64,000 bases of DNA from Paraphysomonas bandaiensis (Eukaryota; Protista; Chrysophyceae), in contig CBFFRP010000412.1 in the NCBI GenBank assembly GCA_965644295.1, forward strand, positions 1 to 64,000, read 5' to 3'. Shown piece by piece: positions 37,440 to 49,790 of this stretch. Numbering within the stretch: the stretch's first letter is position 1; every line of letters begins with the position of its first letter. Position numbers and translations under genes: made by a program. Below the pieces are notes generated by a model. It searched no databases and was not told where the DNA came from. It saw only the letters and a program-made list of their open reading frames with translations.

Positions 37440-38663
37440 ATGTACAGCTGGAAAGAAGCAATCCTAATCAGTACAGCCAGTCTGTGCGCTGTCGGATGCG
37501 TCGCGTTGATTGTATTGTACGTTCGATTTTCCAAATTAAGGGAGTTTTTAGGCCACCTGTCGATGGCCCTTGCCGTTAGTGGCCTGGGCTCCGCAGTTAA
37601 TATATTTCTTGGCTTTTCTCGAAGTGACATAATGCCATGCACGGTCCAGGGAGTAGTTTTCGCTTACTTTTCGAATGTGTCCATTACAGCAATAACTTAT
37701 ATTTCTATTTTTACTCTCCGGGCTTTCAACCATGGCGTTTCCAGCAAAGTAAATCATTCGGTGATTGCATTGGTATGCTGTGGACCGCTTGTGTTGGGTA
37801 TCCTACCATTCACTCTCGATGAGTATAAATTGGATGGTGAGTACTCTATCTTATGTTGGATTCATTCTCAGGGAAGCTCTTTGACAACGTTAACATTGCA
37901 GTTTATGTGCTATTATATTCCTCTTATCTTGGCAGTGGTAATTAACGGTACAGTTTACTACCTAGTCTCCGAAAAGGTTGGACAGCCAGCGGATATGTCA
38001 TCTACAATGGTAACGGATAGATCAGTTCTTCTTATACGACAGAATATTGCTCAAATGATGTGGTTTCCTTTTATTTTGACAATATCCAGCTCTGTATTGG
38101 TGATTCTGAAGGCTCTCGAGTGGGCGGGACTTTGGCGTGACTGGATGTTCTGTCTGGTTGTATTCAGCGAGATACAGACATTTCTTTTTTGTCTGGTCTA
38201 TGTATTGTTACCTGGGGTACAGCAATGCTGGAAGGCAACTATAGCGCCGCGCAAGTCTCTGTCAAATGCAGCCGCCAAGCGCACCGAATCGGGAGAACGA
38301 CAAGATGTTTTCGTGTATCTGACAGTCACACCAACCCTGCATGACTTGACTTTACCGCTTTACATCGATGACAATACGGCCTCGTCGCCCATTAGCCTTC
38401 ATGTTGGTCAGACTTCACGGGCCCTACTCTATGCGCAGGACAGTTTCTGTAGTGATATGCACGCGGAGCAAACGACCGTTTTCAACCGTATTTCTTTCTC
38501 GTCGTCCTCCAGCTCGGACGACCCACACTCCACCAGCATTCGTGATGTAATGTCTGAGAGTCTTGACGACATAGACAGTGTTCGTAATACTTCGAATAAC
38601 TCCCTTAAAAGTCATCGTGAGTTCAAGTATGTGAGTCAAAATTTCGAAAATCTTCCTCGATGA
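37440..38663 (+). CDS. 7TM GPCR, cAMP-receptor-like (CAR/Git3) family
   Basis: Seven hydrophobic segments with CTVQG, CWI, YIPL and FPFIL motifs, and a Ser-rich C-terminal tail. Confidence 0.8.
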   Translation: MYSWKEAILISTASLCAVGCVALIVLYVRFSKLREFLGHLSMALAVSGLGSAVNIFLGFSRSDIMPCTVQGVVFAYFSNVSITAITYISIFTLRAFNHGVSSKVNHSVIALVCCGPLVLGILPFTLDEYKLDGEYSILCWIHSQGSSLTTLTLQFMCYYIPLILAVVINGTVYYLVSEKVGQPADMSSTMVTDRSVLLIRQNIAQMMWFPFILTISSSVLVILKALEWAGLWRDWMFCLVVFSEIQTFLFCLVYVLLPGVQQCWKATIAPRKSLSNAAAKRTESGERQDVFVYLTVTPTLHDLTLPLYIDDNTASSPISLHVGQTSRALLYAQDSFCSDMHAEQTTVFNRISFSSSSSSDDPHSTSIRDVMSESLDDIDSVRNTSNNSLKSHREFKYVSQNFENLPR

Positions 38664-39075
38664 TATCAAGATATTGTTAATTTTTGTTTGGGAGCTTGCG
38701 GTATCACAGTTGATTGTGCTCTGTCATTATTTCAATACTTATCCTGTCCCTTGTTTTTATATATTTTTGTAATGGCACACTGTCGTGTTGGCGCATTTAT
38801 TTTGTGGCAACGCCTTTTCGTTCACCAGTGTAATGCCGATGTCGAAAGAGGGCTTAAGTTACTTGTGTTTCATGGAGATATACGAAGTTGTGTGATAATT
38901 TAATTTCATTGTTGCTCAATTAATTTAAATTATATCTTTTGTTATTATCCTCAGTCGTTATAGGCAATTTGTTGCTGCGTCACTGTTATTTTATACGTAC
39001 CTGGACTACTTGTAAAATATATATATTCTTCTGTGTATTCCCGTTCTTCTAATCTTCGGCATAGATAATCACTAT

Positions 39076-39340
39076 TATTAGGATTCAGCTTAATACATGA
39101 TTGTATCTGTGAGTTATAATGTTCAATGAAATATACCATGAACTGAATTAGAGAGAGTATCTGTCGAAGATACGTGATCGTCATCATAACGTCGTCATTA
39201 TCAGTTACACTTCTAACTATTCCGTTGTGCATGATAGTACGTTCTATATTGTTATTCATAATTTTCACTCTATCGTGTTCATTACTTACACTCTAATAAT
39301 CACAACATTGTTTTACTATTATAAAGATCAATTCTTTATT
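39076..39340 (+). repeat. 5' LTR (TATTAGG...CTTTATT)
   Basis: Identical by eye to 44546-44810. Confidence 0.96.
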
Positions 39341-39351
39341 TGGTAGCGAGA
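39341..39351 (+). promoter_or_regulatory. Primer-binding site, probably initiator tRNA-Met
   Basis: TGGTAGCGAGA abuts the LTR and is complementary to a CCA end with an A1:U72 acceptor stem. Confidence 0.75.
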
Positions 39352-42300
39352 TGTCAGTTAAAGTTACAAGTTACGACTCAACCGACTCGGATTCGACAAC
39401 CGACAAGCGAAAGGACTCAATGCCAAAATTCGATGCGAAGAACTTCTCCAGGTGGCAGAAGAAGTGCCGTGCATGGTTCTATCGCAAGCCTAAGATCGTT
39501 TATACTCTACAGAACGATCACCCAATTGAGCCTGAAGCAGGAGAAAACTCAGATGACGAGGACTACCAGTATCGACTCGAACAGTATCAGGATGCGAAAC
39601 GATATTATGATGAAGGTAATAACTACCTATGGTCAGTCATTGCAAGCTCTATCATTGGTCAGAATGAAGAGGCTGAAGGGATTTTGGAGAACGTCCCCGA
39701 TGGAGACGGTAAAACCGCCTGGACGGACTTGCTCAACCACTTCAAAGAAAAAACGACTAACGACGTCATCACTGATCTGATTGGCCAGTTTCAGAGCATA
39801 AAAATCAAAAAAGGTCAGTCGATAATCAACTTTCTTGACGCTGTCGAAAAGCTCCGAAACAAGCTGATTAATTATGGTCATCGGATAAGTGACCAAGATC
39901 TCATATCACGCATTCGACAAGGCCTGGTATCCAAAGAAAATATGACGTATCGTGAACTGGCGATCAACCTGCAGATGCACCCTATCGATGACTACAAAAC
40001 ACTCATACGCAGACTACGCGGATTAGGAAGCTCGTCTGTCGGAATGCTCTTGTCAAGCAACGAAGAATCAAAAACCGACAGTATTCAGCTTGCAGCCTCA
40101 AAACCCCCATTTTCCCGAAATAAAGTGAATTCTAAACGCAAAAAGGGGACATCTTTCAGAAACCGTTCCAATAAACCGAAACATGACAAGAGAGCTGACA
40201 AGGACATTACGTGTTTCCGATGCGATGGAAAAGGACACATCGCTTCAGAATGCAAACACTCATGGGAAAGGATCCAACAAATGAAGAGTTCCTCTGGAAA
40301 CAAATCAACCAGTAGGAAATTCAAAAAGGTTAGATTCCAGACCCACCAGAGCACTGAAAACGACGAATCCGACCAGTTTGCAGATTATGAAGACAGTGGT
40401 CCACTACAACAGAAAGGACGAGACTTCGGAGGAGTCGGATATCCAACAAACGACGAAACAAACTTCGTTTTTGATCAAGAAGCCGGAATGGGAACCCTTG
40501 ATTCTGGCTGCACAGTCTCCATCACACCTGAAGCCGGATACATCACCAATTATGAGGAATGCCTCACCGACATTCAAACAGCTAAGTCAGGATCAACTAT
40601 GACCTCTTCAGGACATGGAAGACTTGGTATTATCCCCAAGTGCAAGCACGTGGATCATGCTTCAAGGACACTCGTGTCCATCAGCCAATTAGATGACCTA
40701 GGGTATAAAATCTTGTTCGGAAACCAATCAGTTGAGATATATAAAGATGAAATACTGCTATCAAAGGGTAAGAGAGTTGGAGGCCTATATGAAATTCCGT
40801 TAACAGACCTCGGTACTCCTATTGACGTATCCCACCTTGCTTCAACTGCTTCAGGCCCACTCGCAACTCTAGCACATAAGAGATTGGCACATTCTTCAAT
40901 TGGACTCATACAGAAAGCTGTACAGTCAAAATTAGTAACGGGTATTAAGTTAACGAAGTCGGAGATGAATGCTACTTCTTTATCGGGTGGCCTATGTGAT
41001 GGTTGTGCTAGTGGTAAATCTCATCGCCGAAAACATAGACACGCTATCAGACAAATGCTGCTCAAGCGTGTAAGAAGAGCAAATGAGCTGGGGGAGCTAG
41101 TAGTAGCCGATTTTTCTGGACCTCATGCACCAGAGGCAATCATTACTGGCAACCGTTACATACTCGGGATGACTGATGTAGCTTCCAGACACCAATGGGA
41201 CTCCTACGGACCAACGAGAGATGAAGATTTTGTCATCCAATCCATCCAGAAAGTTGTTATGTATCTACATAGTAAAGGCAAACGCCTACAACATTATCAT
41301 GCGGATGGCGGGAAGGAACTGGTATCAAAAAAAGTTCTAGAGTATCTTCAATCAATAGGGGCTACATGGACTTTCAACTCCCCGTATACCCCTGAGGATA
41401 ACCCATTCCAAGAGCGATCATGGCGGACAACTAAAGAACGAGCACTCAGCAGCCTTATCGACTCTGGACTCCCACCGAATTTCTGGGAACAAGCCTCAAG
41501 GGCGACAATACACATCAAGAACAGGTTACCGTGTCAAACAGCTAAAGGATTTATGTCCCCACTCCAATTCATCGAAAACGAAATACCAGACTTGAGTTAT
41601 GCCAGAATATGGGGATGTAAATGCTTTGTGAATATCGATTCCAGTCTCCGAAAGAACAATTGGGACAGACATAGCTGGCCTGGGTATTTTATGGGCTATC
41701 GAGAGGATGGTCCTGGATATATAGTCTTTGTTCCCGCATTAAGAGATTTTGTTATATCAGGACATGTATTTTTCAACGAATGTGTTCCACCAGCGGATAA
41801 GAGATATTTTAAAGAGATAAATGAGATCTTCAGAGAGAATGAGACCTCCAGGACAGTAGAAAGTTTCAAATATCTCATAGGCCTAGCTCATGTAGATCCA
41901 GACGATGGATTAACATATGTAACAACTCAAATAAAGCTCAGAAAAGGATTAATCGCAGCGTATCGTGGTCTAGTGGACGACAGCGGTGACAAGACACGAC
42001 TCATCCAGCTCGACGACCCCATTCATGCTGCAGACGTCGAAAAGTACACTGAAGAATACATAGAACTCAAAGCAGTTGGTCTCAAATGTAATACTTCTCG
42101 ATCGAAAACCCCAATACATAAATCCAGCAAATCAGATCGAGACCCCGATACAGTTAATGGATCTCCAGCGCCAGCCGCTACTTCCAGGGGGAGTGGCGTG
42201 AATCGAAGACATCATGATGCCGCGCAGGAGAGAATCAGCAGCCATCGGTGTGAACCTACCCACTCCGATGCAAAGATAGCGAAGACTCGCCCTTCGAAAA

Positions 42301-44345
42301 AATTCAATGGGAATCTAGTGCCGAATCCGGCACCACACGGTCAAGTGGATCGTGTGCGTCAGCGTGTGGCCAAACGCTGCAACAAGCCTGCTGATTCATC
42401 GGGAGATTGGGAAAATCAGGATACACCTGAAGGGCCAAGTAAGGTCCGTGCTACAGCAAAACAGCAATTTTTAGCTGGTAAAAAGAGTGTTCTCCGAAGC
42501 AAGAGAATGGCCAGGAAACGGGTAATTGTAAATATACATAAACTTGGTGATGGTGTATATACATGTGATGTAAATGCCAAACATGTAGTAAATCATATGG
42601 CACATGACACACAATGTATATCAAAATTACATACAAACAATATTGATATTGTTATGCATGCTATCAGTAATTGCGATGACATTGACGAGCTAACCGATAC
42701 ACCAAAGAGTGTTCAAGATGCTATTTCAGGTAAATATAAACAGCAGTGGATCGATGCTATCAATAGAGAAATATCCACTCTTCAGAGGAAAGGGTGCTGG
42801 AGATACACTGCGTTACCACCTGGAGCAAGAGCCATAAAGGGGAAACTCATATTCAAAATAAAAAGAAAACAGAATGATATCAAATTCAAGGCTCGACTAG
42901 TCGCACAGGGTTTTACTCAAATCCAAGGCATCGATTACAATGATACATACAGCCCCGTCGCGAAGGCTACATCACTACGTACAATTATTGCCCTTTCGAC
43001 TATTATGAAACTCAAATTGCACCAAATCGATTTCACAACTGCGTACATCAATGCTGACCTCGAAGAGGACATATACATGCATCCCCCTCCTGGCATGGAC
43101 GTCCCTGACGGAAAAGTCCTCAAACTGATGAAAAGCATCTATGGTCTAAAGCAAGCAGGTCTTAACTGGTATAAGTGCTGTACAAATTTTATGCTAGATA
43201 TGGGTTTCACCAGACTAATATCTGACCCGTGTATATTCAAAAAGCAGATTAATGGCAGGATTATGCTAATAGCCATGTATGTGGACGATATTATTATAGC
43301 ATCTACATCCGACACTGATATCCAACAATTCAAAGACCATTTATCCAAAAAGTTCGAAATTACGGATCTCGGACTCCTAGATTATTACTTGGGCATCTCC
43401 ATTCATCAAGATTTTGACAAAAATATCACAACTCTCAGTCAGGAGCAGTATGTCAGAAAACTACTGGACAAATTCAACATGTCCGACAGTAAACCCATGT
43501 CAACACCTATGTTACTGTCTTTCAACTATGATTTACATGAATACAATCATCTTTCAGAGTCAAATCAAAGTTATGTTCAGAATTTCCCCTACAAGGAACT
43601 CATAGGTTCCCTGATGTATCTAGCTGTATGCACTCGACCGGATATCGCTTATGCAGTCAATACTCTTGCCAGATTTTCTGATATGCCTAATCTAACTACC
43701 TGTAATGCTGCGTTACATGTTCTTAGGTATCTCAAAGGCACTGCTAAGCAAGGATTGATATATTCTGGATCCCACATAACATTGTCAGGATACTGCGATA
43801 GCGATTGGGCACGGTGTCACCTCACTCGACGGTCCACTACAGCTTTTACATTCTTCATAGGTAATTGTCTTATATCATGGCAATCTCGATTACAGACAAC
43901 TGTGGCATTGTCATCTACTGAAGCTGAGTATATGGCTCTATCGTCAGCAGCTCAGGAAGCATTATGGCTACGCTCTTTATTATCAGAAATTGGTTTCAAA
44001 CTTCCATTCTCAACAACTATTTGGTGCGATAATAAAGGGGCAGTCCAATTATGTTACAATCCTACTCATCATCGTCGTACGAAACATATTGCGATACGGT
44101 ATCATTTCATTCGAGAAAATATTGCCGAAAACCAATTGACTGTTGACCATATTCCCACCACGTCAATGTTAGCCGATCTTCTCACGAAACCACTAGGAAC
44201 AACTAATTTTCTTCAATTGCGAACTACATTGATGGGGGGAGCTGGGTTCGACATCCCATCCAGCAGCAACAGAAAGCGATCAACAACCTCAGAGACACCT
44301 AAATCACAATTAACAAGCCACAAGCGACCTAGGTGGCTAGTTTGA
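39351..44345 (+). CDS. Copia Gag-Pol polyprotein (1664 aa)
   Basis: CFRCDGKGHIASEC knuckle, protease LDSG, HKRLAH..CDGC, integrase D-D-E (ADFSGP/HADGG/QER), RT YVDD, RNase H DSDW/EAEY/DN/ADLLTK. IN-before-RT order. Confidence 0.98.
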   Translation: MSVKVTSYDSTDSDSTTDKRKDSMPKFDAKNFSRWQKKCRAWFYRKPKIVYTLQNDHPIEPEAGENSDDEDYQYRLEQYQDAKRYYDEGNNYLWSVIASSIIGQNEEAEGILENVPDGDGKTAWTDLLNHFKEKTTNDVITDLIGQFQSIKIKKGQSIINFLDAVEKLRNKLINYGHRISDQDLISRIRQGLVSKENMTYRELAINLQMHPIDDYKTLIRRLRGLGSSSVGMLLSSNEESKTDSIQLAASKPPFSRNKVNSKRKKGTSFRNRSNKPKHDKRADKDITCFRCDGKGHIASECKHSWERIQQMKSSSGNKSTSRKFKKVRFQTHQSTENDESDQFADYEDSGPLQQKGRDFGGVGYPTNDETNFVFDQEAGMGTLDSGCTVSITPEAGYITNYEECLTDIQTAKSGSTMTSSGHGRLGIIPKCKHVDHASRTLVSISQLDDLGYKILFGNQSVEIYKDEILLSKGKRVGGLYEIPLTDLGTPIDVSHLASTASGPLATLAHKRLAHSSIGLIQKAVQSKLVTGIKLTKSEMNATSLSGGLCDGCASGKSHRRKHRHAIRQMLLKRVRRANELGELVVADFSGPHAPEAIITGNRYILGMTDVASRHQWDSYGPTRDEDFVIQSIQKVVMYLHSKGKRLQHYHADGGKELVSKKVLEYLQSIGATWTFNSPYTPEDNPFQERSWRTTKERALSSLIDSGLPPNFWEQASRATIHIKNRLPCQTAKGFMSPLQFIENEIPDLSYARIWGCKCFVNIDSSLRKNNWDRHSWPGYFMGYREDGPGYIVFVPALRDFVISGHVFFNECVPPADKRYFKEINEIFRENETSRTVESFKYLIGLAHVDPDDGLTYVTTQIKLRKGLIAAYRGLVDDSGDKTRLIQLDDPIHAADVEKYTEEYIELKAVGLKCNTSRSKTPIHKSSKSDRDPDTVNGSPAPAATSRGSGVNRRHHDAAQERISSHRCEPTHSDAKIAKTRPSKKFNGNLVPNPAPHGQVDRVRQRVAKRCNKPADSSGDWENQDTPEGPSKVRATAKQQFLAGKKSVLRSKRMARKRVIVNIHKLGDGVYTCDVNAKHVVNHMAHDTQCISKLHTNNIDIVMHAISNCDDIDELTDTPKSVQDAISGKYKQQWIDAINREISTLQRKGCWRYTALPPGARAIKGKLIFKIKRKQNDIKFKARLVAQGFTQIQGIDYNDTYSPVAKATSLRTIIALSTIMKLKLHQIDFTTAYINADLEEDIYMHPPPGMDVPDGKVLKLMKSIYGLKQAGLNWYKCCTNFMLDMGFTRLISDPCIFKKQINGRIMLIAMYVDDIIIASTSDTDIQQFKDHLSKKFEITDLGLLDYYLGISIHQDFDKNITTLSQEQYVRKLLDKFNMSDSKPMSTPMLLSFNYDLHEYNHLSESNQSYVQNFPYKELIGSLMYLAVCTRPDIAYAVNTLARFSDMPNLTTCNAALHVLRYLKGTAKQGLIYSGSHITLSGYCDSDWARCHLTRRSTTAFTFFIGNCLISWQSRLQTTVALSSTEAEYMALSSAAQEALWLRSLLSEIGFKLPFSTTIWCDNKGAVQLCYNPTHHRRTKHIAIRYHFIRENIAENQLTVDHIPTTSMLADLLTKPLGTTNFLQLRTTLMGGAGFDIPSSSNRKRSTTSETPKSQLTSHKRPRWLV

Positions 44346-44535
44346 GTTACACGGAGTTTTTACCATTTTTTTTTATTTTTATTCAATACATGATGCTGGA
44401 CTAGAAGGATGGTCTCACAATATGGCATCTCTGCAGTTCGCTTATTATTGACTAGTGACTGCTACTCTGGTTTTTACTCTCAGTGTGCATAAGTTCATAT
44501 TCTCTCTATTATCTACGATTCACTGATTATTTCAT

Positions 44536-44545
44536 TGAGGGGGCG
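44536..44545 (+). promoter_or_regulatory. Polypurine tract
   Basis: tgagggggcg immediately before the 3' LTR. Confidence 0.85.
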
Positions 44546-44810
44546 TATTAGGATTCAGCTTAATACATGATTGTATCTGTGAGTTATAATGTTCAATGAA
44601 ATATACCATGAACTGAATTAGAGAGAGTATCTGTCGAAGATACGTGATCGTCATCATAACGTCGTCATTATCAGTTACACTTCTAACTATTCCGTTGTGC
44701 ATGATAGTACGTTCTATATTGTTATTCATAATTTTCACTCTATCGTGTTCATTACTTACACTCTAATAATCACAACATTGTTTTACTATTATAAAGATCA
44801 ATTCTTTATT
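44546..44810 (+). repeat. 3' LTR
   Basis: Direct repeat of 39076-39340. Confidence 0.96.
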
Positions 44811-47020
44811 ACTATCTAGAACGAATGAAAATTGTAGAGTGTCATAACTGGTACCAACTTAAGAAGACAAAACTAGCTAAATTCTAGAGACAATGATAAC
44901 ACTCTGATAGAAAGCACTGCATTATAAAAAATAATATATTAATATATATATAATGTTGTGATTGGTTTACAGTTTGTTGAAAATGAATTGTCATAATGTT
45001 TATATTGCATCATTGAAGTGTATTTAGAGAGCACCAGAATGAGAGTAATTTGTTGTTGAACTTTGAGAGATGTTTATATTTTAAAAATTCTATGTACACA
45101 ACAACCATTATCTGAATGATGTTCTGTCTAGTGGGGATGGGTTAGGTATGGTATGTTGAGTTTTGCTGTTTAAGCAATTAAAAGCTGTAATTCTAAGATA
45201 TTGGAATTATGACGGTTACTGGAGAATACAGTAGTGGTTAACTGTATTATGAGAAGTAATGAGAACTGAATATATATTGACCATACGAGAAGATAGTGAC
45301 GATATAAGATCGTACTAGAAATGAGTGGTAGTAGAGATAACGTGATGTATTGTTTATTATATTTATTATAATCTTCCCTAATTTTATAATAAGATTCATG
45401 AGTGAATACACGTCCAGTTAACTTAGTAAATCATTCAATTGTGTCATGGTAGTACAGTACACTGTATAGTGCGTATAGTGGTGTGTTGTATTCAGCAGTG
45501 GTGCGTGGAATAGGTAAGAGCGTTACATTTTTCCAACAGGAGATGAAATGCTTGGTCCAATACTATGTAGTGGGGGTTGGAAAAATGAGAACTTTGTATC
45601 ACTTTCACCACACTTCTTAGTAGGTTCTGTTGCAGCACTGATTAGTTTTACCGTTTTACCCAGCTTGTTTTAAAATTGTCATTCCTATCTAGTTGCCAGT
45701 GTTATTTATTGTGGAGATTGGTTAGCGACTCAGGGGACACTTATTTTAATCTAGATTATAGACATCTACTTCATGTAGTACTTAATCAAAGTAGCATGTA
45801 GCTGCTGTGATTGGACACCATCCAGCAACAGGTACGAAATATGTAGAAAAACTCAATATATATTTACTGTGGTAATGAGAATTCCTGAAAGCAATCGACT
45901 CACTCAAAATGTAGCAGATTTAGTGCGAGTTTTTGATGAATTAAAGGCGTTGTTAACAGTCAAGATGATAAAGGTGACAAAAGAACTGAACTAAGAAGTA
46001 ACAGGATAGAAAGTACAGCAAAGTACTGCAAGGCAAAATTTGTTATGAAGACCTTGCTGAAGATATGCAAGGATAGAGGTTTTGGGAAAGCGTGTGACGT
46101 AGCAAAACTGCCAGATACGTCAGCCAATAAATTATTTAGTGACTGCTTAAGTCCGCAATTAGCAGTGGCGATGATGTGTCAATGAGTAGAATGGCTGAAT
46201 TATCCTATATAATACTTTATAACAAGCTGAATAGTATTCGAAGTAATTAATGAGCGATACGCAGTGCATAAAAATGTTCTGTGTCAACCCATGAATTGGA
46301 GTGAGTTCTCTCCGACTTTCATCACTCCTGTAAGTACCGTTTGAGCGCCATAAATTTAATGGAGCACATACATATATATACATACATATAGTGCGTATAT
46401 TCCCTAACCCATATATATATTATACATAGCCATACTGATAGCTGTGGTAGCTTAAGCTCTGAATTCGCCTTATTCTACCATCTTTACTATGTTGTTTTGT
46501 TGTCTCTGAGATCATAGGGAGGAACAACTCGCCTTGTTTATGATCCACACACACAATTCCGTCGAAATACGTGTACGGAAGAGCTTAGATCAATGCTTTA
46601 CTGATGTTATAAGATCATTAATTCATGTGTGCAATCTCATAGTGATGTCATGTATGCATCACTAATTCATCAAGCAACAGATCCAGAAACACATATCTAG
46701 ATATGTGGTATGGTATTATGTATTATGTAATACATCCCTTTATACATCATAATCCCACTCACTGCAGTATACCGGTATACGGTATATTCCTACGCTTTGT
46801 GATGTGTATTCTGTTTTTATGTATTCACAGATGCGCTGTAGTGTTGTTTGTATGTACTCTGTATGATGCATGATGCGCATGCACTCTGTATGACTACATA
46901 CATACTCCTCTATCTCCTTTTGAGAATTAGCATTGCTTTAGATGGGATATATTTGCAATCAATTTGCTATTAAATTTCCAAATTATAACAGTCCAGTCAG
47001 TGGTTACAGTGAAAAATATA

Positions 47021-48731
47021 ATGACTGACGATAGCGCTATGGATATTGTGGAAGAGGTCAGCTGCACCGCAGTGGTGGATGAATTGGCACAACAATACAA
47101 CGACCTCGAAGACCAGATAGCCGTATCATCTGATTGTGCTGTGGAAGGCTACAAATCCATAATTCAAAATTCCAGAATGGATGACGATGCAGTTAAAATA
47201 AAAGAAAAATGTATTTATGGGTAAGTCTGTCCGCTGAGCGGTAACTGAATGTCATAAGAAATGTGTAAAGGTTGGCGCGCACTTATACGAGCATGTCAAG
47301 GTTTAATGAAGTGATGGGCCTCTTGCACTATAGCAACACTTTTTTCAGTGCTATCCCGAAAGCGAAAACTGCTAAAATTGTGCGAAATATAATCGATATT
47401 CTGTCAACAATACCTAATTCGATTGATGTTCAAATCCGCCTTTGTCGTGATGTCATTGCGTGGTGCAAGGAAGAAAAGCGTACATTTCTACGGCAACGTG
47501 TTGAGAGCAAGGTAATCCAAATTAGCGCAGCATATTGTCTATTTTCAAGTCCGTTTGTAAATAGTTGGCTGGGCTGTTGCTACAACAAAAGCACGGACAA
47601 GAAGCGATGACTCTAATCGCGGGGCTACTAAGGTGCGATGAGACTATGCAGACGTAGTCTAATGAATTCTTTGCAGAGAGTTGAAGAAGTTGGACGACAA
47701 ACAAATGCTCACTGAAGTTCACCTGCTAGAGAGCAGAGTAAATCATTCGCTTCAGAATATCCCAAAAGGTAAGTGTGCTCTTTCTTGTGCTTGCTGTACT
47801 TGTTCGCGCAACTGATATGGAGTGGTGTGACTGACATATGCATAGCTAAAGCTGCCTTGACCGCGGCCCGAACGGCAGCTAACTCTATCTACGTAACTCC
47901 CCTGCTCCAGGCTGAGCTCGATGAGATGTCTGGCACACTCTATTGCGAAGAGAATGATAATGTCACAGGGTACTCATACTTTCTCGAGGTGAGCAACTAT
48001 ATTCCAAACTGAATGACGTATGAAATAACTTTGTCTTGTATTTCTGTGCTTAGGCGTTTGAGGCTTACGACTCGTGTAAAGACCCCCGTGCAGTACATTC
48101 CCTTAAGTATATGTGTCTGTGCAAGATATTGGGCGGGCACCCAAGTGAGGTGCCTACTATTCTCTCAGGCAAACATGGACTGAAGTATTCCGGCAGCAAC
48201 AATGCTGATCTGGAGGCTATGACAGCTGTTGCCGATGCGGCAAAGAAGAGATCCCTGGAAGATTTTGAGGAGACTGTCGTCAAGTATTCAGCTCTCCTTA
48301 AATCTGATGATCTTATATCGCATCACCTAGATCTTTTATACGACCAGATGCTCGAGTCGAACCTTCTCAAGATTATTCATCCATTCAGTTGTGTCGAAAT
48401 ATCTCACGTCGCTAAGCTTATAAAGATGGGCGTGGCTTTGATAGAACGAAAACTCTCACAGATGATCTTGGATCGGACTATATCTGGAATTCTTGAACAG
48501 GGGAAAGGACACCTTGTTATTTACGATGCAGCACATGAAGACACGAGTTTTACACAAGGTGTAGAGATTATCAGCAATATGGGCTTGGTCGTGGACGCAC
48601 TGTCATCAAGAGCGAAGGGTCTCTCGACGAAAACTCTCGAAGAAAATAAAAGAGTTGAAGCCAGTGATGCGAAAGGTGATGACTCCCAGGTGAAGCCGGA
48701 GTCGCCCGCAAAGGATACGACCAAGAAGTGA
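47021..48731 (+). CDS. RPN6: 26S proteasome lid subunit Rpn6/PSMD11, multi-exon
   Basis: [58 protein letters not shown] and the PCI domain [26 protein letters not shown]. Confidence 0.97.
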
Positions 48732-49054
48732 ACTAGGATTTAATTAGAATTGAAGGACTGAGTATTAGAGGTGCACCAATAATAAGGATATTCTAATTGA
48801 AATTTGAAGATGGTTTGATAGCGAAGTGTGACAGCCAAATTAAAATAATGACCTATGATAACACTTCAATGGGGCACCGATTATTCGTGTATATTATAAT
48901 TATATATATTCTATAATATTTAGCAATATTTGACATTTGGATCAGGGCCTGGTAACAATTTATGACAGTGCCTAGTTCCCGACAATTATAATAGCCATTA
49001 TTGGCCATAAATACCTAAGTAAATAATACCTCTCCTAATAGATAATGTGGTGCT

Positions 49055-49163
49055 CAGAGCTGCGTACCAATTAATTGACGCAGGTTATAGTCAATTGTAA
49101 TTGCAATTATTACTAGCTGACTCAATTTCAATTATTGCAATTAATTGCAATTATGCCATACTG
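49055..49163. mobile_element. Possible hAT-derived MITE
   Basis: cag...ctg ends with aattgcaatt arrays like 19390-19517. No TSD seen. Confidence 0.4.
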
Positions 49164-49389
49164 CACTACATTAGCTGCCAATATAGCTACCTCAACTGTC
49201 GTTTCATTCCAGAATTGACTTTTGAACATTTTTACTAGTTTAGATCGTTATAATATAAAAGTAATATCTTCTTGTATGCCAACCTCTGATTAAGTTTCGC
49301 ATCTTGAATCGTCATGATACTTCCGTTTCAGAGTTATATAGCAATATAGTAATTACAGTTCTCCACATTGTATTTAACGTATAGCTTAG

Positions 49390-49790
49390 GGAACCCTCAA
49401 CAAAAGTTGGACTCGCACCTTTTCGTGGTGTTCTGGAGGATATGTACCGGAGATATTTCTCCGGGAAACTATAGTGAGTCGCATAGATATTGTTCTGCAC
49501 ACTTGTAGCTAAATACTTGGGTGGTACAAGGGACAATAAGAAGTGTAGACGTCTTTGGGCCTTGACGAATAACAGCAGCCATCCGGGAATGAGCCCACCT
49601 CCGGCTTGTTCACCTTAAGGACAGAAAGCGAAAGTGGTTTCACCTTGGTGTTTGCGGTGATGCACAAGCAGCTTTCGAAGCGCTAAATAGTAAGATATCA
49701 GAGTTAATCACTAGTTATATAAATTTTTTGATACATATAATAGTTCTGATTCTTACGCGCGTATTGCTAGAAATCAGACATACACTACTA
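49390..49790 (+). mobile_element. SINE-like copy
   Basis: Same head and tail as 3457-3895. Ends in cagacatacactacta. Confidence 0.8.

Larger units (their letters stand above)
39076..44810 (+). mobile_element. Intact Ty1/Copia LTR retrotransposon
   Basis: Identical 265-bp LTRs, TSD ACTAT (39071-39075 and 44811-44815), PBS, PPT and a single uninterrupted gag-pol ORF. Confidence 0.98.

Noticed and set aside
38951-39268. ORFs MKIMNNNIER... (also 44532-44738 and the start of 23374-23778)
   Set aside because: These are antisense readings of the LTR, not genes.
44816-46960. Long AT-rich interval between Copia and Rpn6
   Set aside because: No ORF, RNA gene or repeat that I can support.
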